Assembly: GCA_036172245.1 (NCBI GenBank) | Contig: JAYWIR010000001.1 | Coordinates: forward strand, 9,982,001-10,046,000 | From: Raillietiella orientalis | Lineage: Eukaryota | DNA: 64,000 nucleotides | Direction of reading: 5' to 3' | Shown: positions 61,293 through 64,000 of the stretch, piece by piece | Position numbering within the stretch: the first letter of the stretch is position 1 | Layout: each line of letters starts with the position of its first letter | Position numbers and translations under genes: made by a program | Notes under the pieces: generated by a model | Seen by the model: the letters and a program-made list of their open reading frames with translations, nothing else | Told to the model about the DNA's origin: nothing | The model's database searches: none

Positions 61293-62339
61293 TTCCGATG
61301 GGGGAGGGGGGAGGTCAGCTGTAGGCCCGCTGGATGAGCCACTGAGAAGAGCGGGAAGTGCACGGCAGCGCTTCGACCGGCACCGCACCGCAGAGGAAGA
61401 TCCTGCCCTCCGCGCGTCCAGGTCGCGAGCGATTCGCGATGGGCTCCCCAAGGAATGGCTGCGCATCACCCACGCCCTCGGCTGCCGCGGGGCATCCGCC
61501 TTCCCGGAGTGCCGAACAATTATGCGCACCCTCCAGGAGGGGGCCGCCCTCTGCCCGCTTTCTCTTCTCTCCGGTCCTACTTCTCCAGGAGAAGGTCGGG
61601 AGCTCCTGATCCTCCGCGCCAGTCAGTCGGAAGCGGAAGGTCAAGGAAGCCGGGTGCATGTCGCCGCTCCACGTCTACCATCAGTCAGAACCGTCTGCAG
61701 GCTCTACCGTTCCTTCGGCGTCCGCTCTTACGGGACACGCTCTCCCCTCCTCCCCTCTCTCCCCCCCGGCGTCGGAACGAGCGGGTCCGAGGAAGGACCG
61801 GGAGCAGATTCTCGCCTTCTCCTCCCCCCCCTTTCCCTTCCGGCCTTGAGGAGGGAGCATGCTAATGGCGGGCACTACCCGCGTACCCGTCCGTTTGGTT
61901 TCATCGATCGCAATGGGAGGGCGCGCGCAACCGCAGGGGAACCTTCGAACTGAGGGCGCGCGCGTGGAGCGACGCCCTTTGCGCAGACACGGAATCACCG
62001 CAGTGCGCTCCATCGCCCTTCCCTGGTCGCGTAGCGGCCGCCTCCTCAACCCAGTCGTCTGGAAAGCGCCGGTGGGCCGCGTATCCAACGGCCTCACCGG
62101 CGTCCCCGCCACGATCGGATGCCGCTGCTGCTCCACGCCGCTGGCATCGCCACCTGTCGGTTGTAGTGGGACCTCCGTTCCCGTGGCTGGTGGAGGGCGG
62201 AAGGAAGTGGGTTGGAAGGTCGTCGCCTCGACAGGAGAGAAATGACGTTTTTTTTTTTTTTTCTGCTTACCCCCTCCCTCTTTTTTCCGGAAACACCACG
62301 GTGCGGAAGGAAAAGGGGGGTTCCGGGAACAGAGCCGAA

Positions 62340-62735
62340 AAAAAGCGCGTACACGTGACGCTCCAGAGGATAGGGGGAAATCGGGAGACCCGGGACACCA
62401 GCGGCAGTCTCTCCAGAGGAACCGGTGGAAGCACCACCAGGGAGGGAAGCCTCTCTTCCACGGTAGAGCTCTCCCAGTCGGTGGTCCATCCCTACCCCAC
62501 CCCACCCAGGAAAGAAAAAACAGGGATCAGCAAGTTGACTACCCCTCCGTTTCCACGGAACGAAGAAGGGGTGGTTCCTACAGGTCACACCCTTAACTTG
62601 AAGAGTCAACACGCGCACGCACCCTCGGGGATGGAGTGAACAGTGTTGAGGAGCTTCATGACTCCCCCCCCTTACTTCCTCCCTGAGGAGGCGAACGGCT
62701 CTTCAATATTCCTTGAGGACCAGGAAAAAAGAAGA
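62340..62735 (-). repeat. Dispersed intronic repeat family, inverted copy
   Basis: The reverse complement contains GTCCTCAAGGAATATTGAAGAGCCGTTCGCCTCC and GTTGACTCTTCAAGTTAAGGGTGTGAC, matching 60080-60112 and 60187-60212. Confidence 0.7.
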
Positions 62736-63539
62736 GGCAAACGTGAACATCCCTGAGTTCTTTCTCGGCCGCGCGCACGCGCACTTACACCCCCGCTGCT
62801 GCGTGCACCCCTCTCCCTTCCCCCTTTTTTCAAGGGAAAATTAGAGACGGAAGGGGCGAGGGGGAAAATGAGGACAGGGAGCAAGAGCTCGAGGAGAGTT
62901 TAGATCCGCTGCGCCGCATCTCGGGAACCAACCCCGCCCAAGTTTCGCTCCCCGAAGGGAACCCACCGAGAAGAGCCAGTGTCATCTAGCGCCTCCATCT
63001 TTTTCCGGGGATGACCCCGAAGAATCCTCCCGCCACAGCGCCTTCTCCACTCGTCCTACAGGCGGGAAAGGGGTGTTGGGTCCAGGAAGACGACGAGCCC
63101 GAAACAGCAGTGCTCCGGGAGTTCCCCTTCGGCGGAGACCCGCCAGTTTTTTCGACCCCGGGCGCAGGGAGGCGCGCCCGCACTCTGCGTTGCGGCGACC
63201 CCGCGGGTATCAAGTAGCTTCCTCGAGGTTCCTAGGTCGTCTCCCCGCACAGCCGAGCCTCCGGCCCCCGAAGATGGGGAGGGCAGGGTGGGAGGAACGC
63301 GCGGGAAGGGTCCTTTGCGCGCATCCTCCCGCCAATCTCCAAGGGGCACGAACGTCCAGTCAGCCCTGCATCCGGGAACGAGACCACGGGAGGCGGCGGC
63401 TGATGACCAGTTTGAAACCGGCCATTCCCAGGAGACGGCTGCAGATCCCTCCCGGAAGTAACGTCTCAGGTCGAGGTCATCGACTGCGCGTGGGTTGCCC
63501 GCCCACCTGGGAACTCTTGGCCCTTTCTCATGGGGTTCA

Positions 63540-64000
63540 CGGAGCTCCCTAACGCTGCCCATCCTGCCCGAAGGTGCGTGTCGACTCTTCACAAGCTGGG
63601 GCACTCCCGGGGAGGGGATCACCCTATGAATCCAGGAAGGGTTCCGGAGGAAGAAATGCTTCCCTTTCGCACTTGAGAGGGAAATCCCGAAGGGAACCCT
63701 CGTCCTGGTTGTTCCCGAAGGAAACCATCTCCCCCCCAAGGAAACTATCTCCCTCTCTCCAAAAGTGACTTCCCAGAGGGGGCAGCTCCTCTTTCTCTTC
63801 CGAGGGGAACCCGGAAAGAATCTGCCCCTGGAATCTCTTCTCCCGAGGGAATCCTCAAAGGAACCGCTTCCGGTTCCGCAGGGAGCGGCGTGCTTCAAAC
63901 ACTCTGGAGAGGCGACCCCCTGAGGGGGGCATCGACCAGCTTAATGGGTATGTACGCTCCAAGGTGTGGCTCCATCTTCGCGACCGGAAGGGAACCCCGA
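63540..64000 (+). repeat. Dispersed intronic repeat family, copy running to the window end
   Basis: CACCCTATGAATCCAGGAAGGGTTCCGGAGGAAG...CCCGAAGGGAACCC, colinear with the other copies. Confidence 0.65.

Overview
GC-rich animal genomic DNA, probably arthropod (inferred from the proteins). It holds two convergent genes with a transposon-rich interval between them. (1) On the + strand is a type IV collagen gene. I traced 32 exons (3110-13214) that splice to 5169 nt, or 1722 aa plus stop, covering the 7S N-terminus, Gly-X-Y region and NC1 domain; the signal-peptide exon was not located. Most introns are 43-71 nt and one is GC-AG. (2) On the - strand are the last six coding exons of a neuroligin gene (54442-39552), with GHGTG replacing the esterase GxSxG, a TM helix and a C-terminal EMTV PDZ-type motif. 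Between them (about 13.6-38.5 kb) is a graveyard of non-LTR retrotransposons. One is a 5'-truncated Utopia/NeSL-type RT-RLE element whose 5' junction carries a 26-nt U2 snRNA fragment. There is also a cluster of at least six L1/Tx1-like 3' ends sharing a covarying stem-loop and a terminal AATAAA-hairpin with no poly(A) tail. The most striking structure is two 5'-truncated antisense copies stacked at the same 13-bp site (GTGAAGCTTTCGA, present three times) inside the conserved D-x-x-x-AFD motif of a related element's RT. Neuroligin introns contain SINE-like heads, a dispersed repeat family and an inverted repeat pair bracketing one exon. All coordinates were read by eye and no searches were run.
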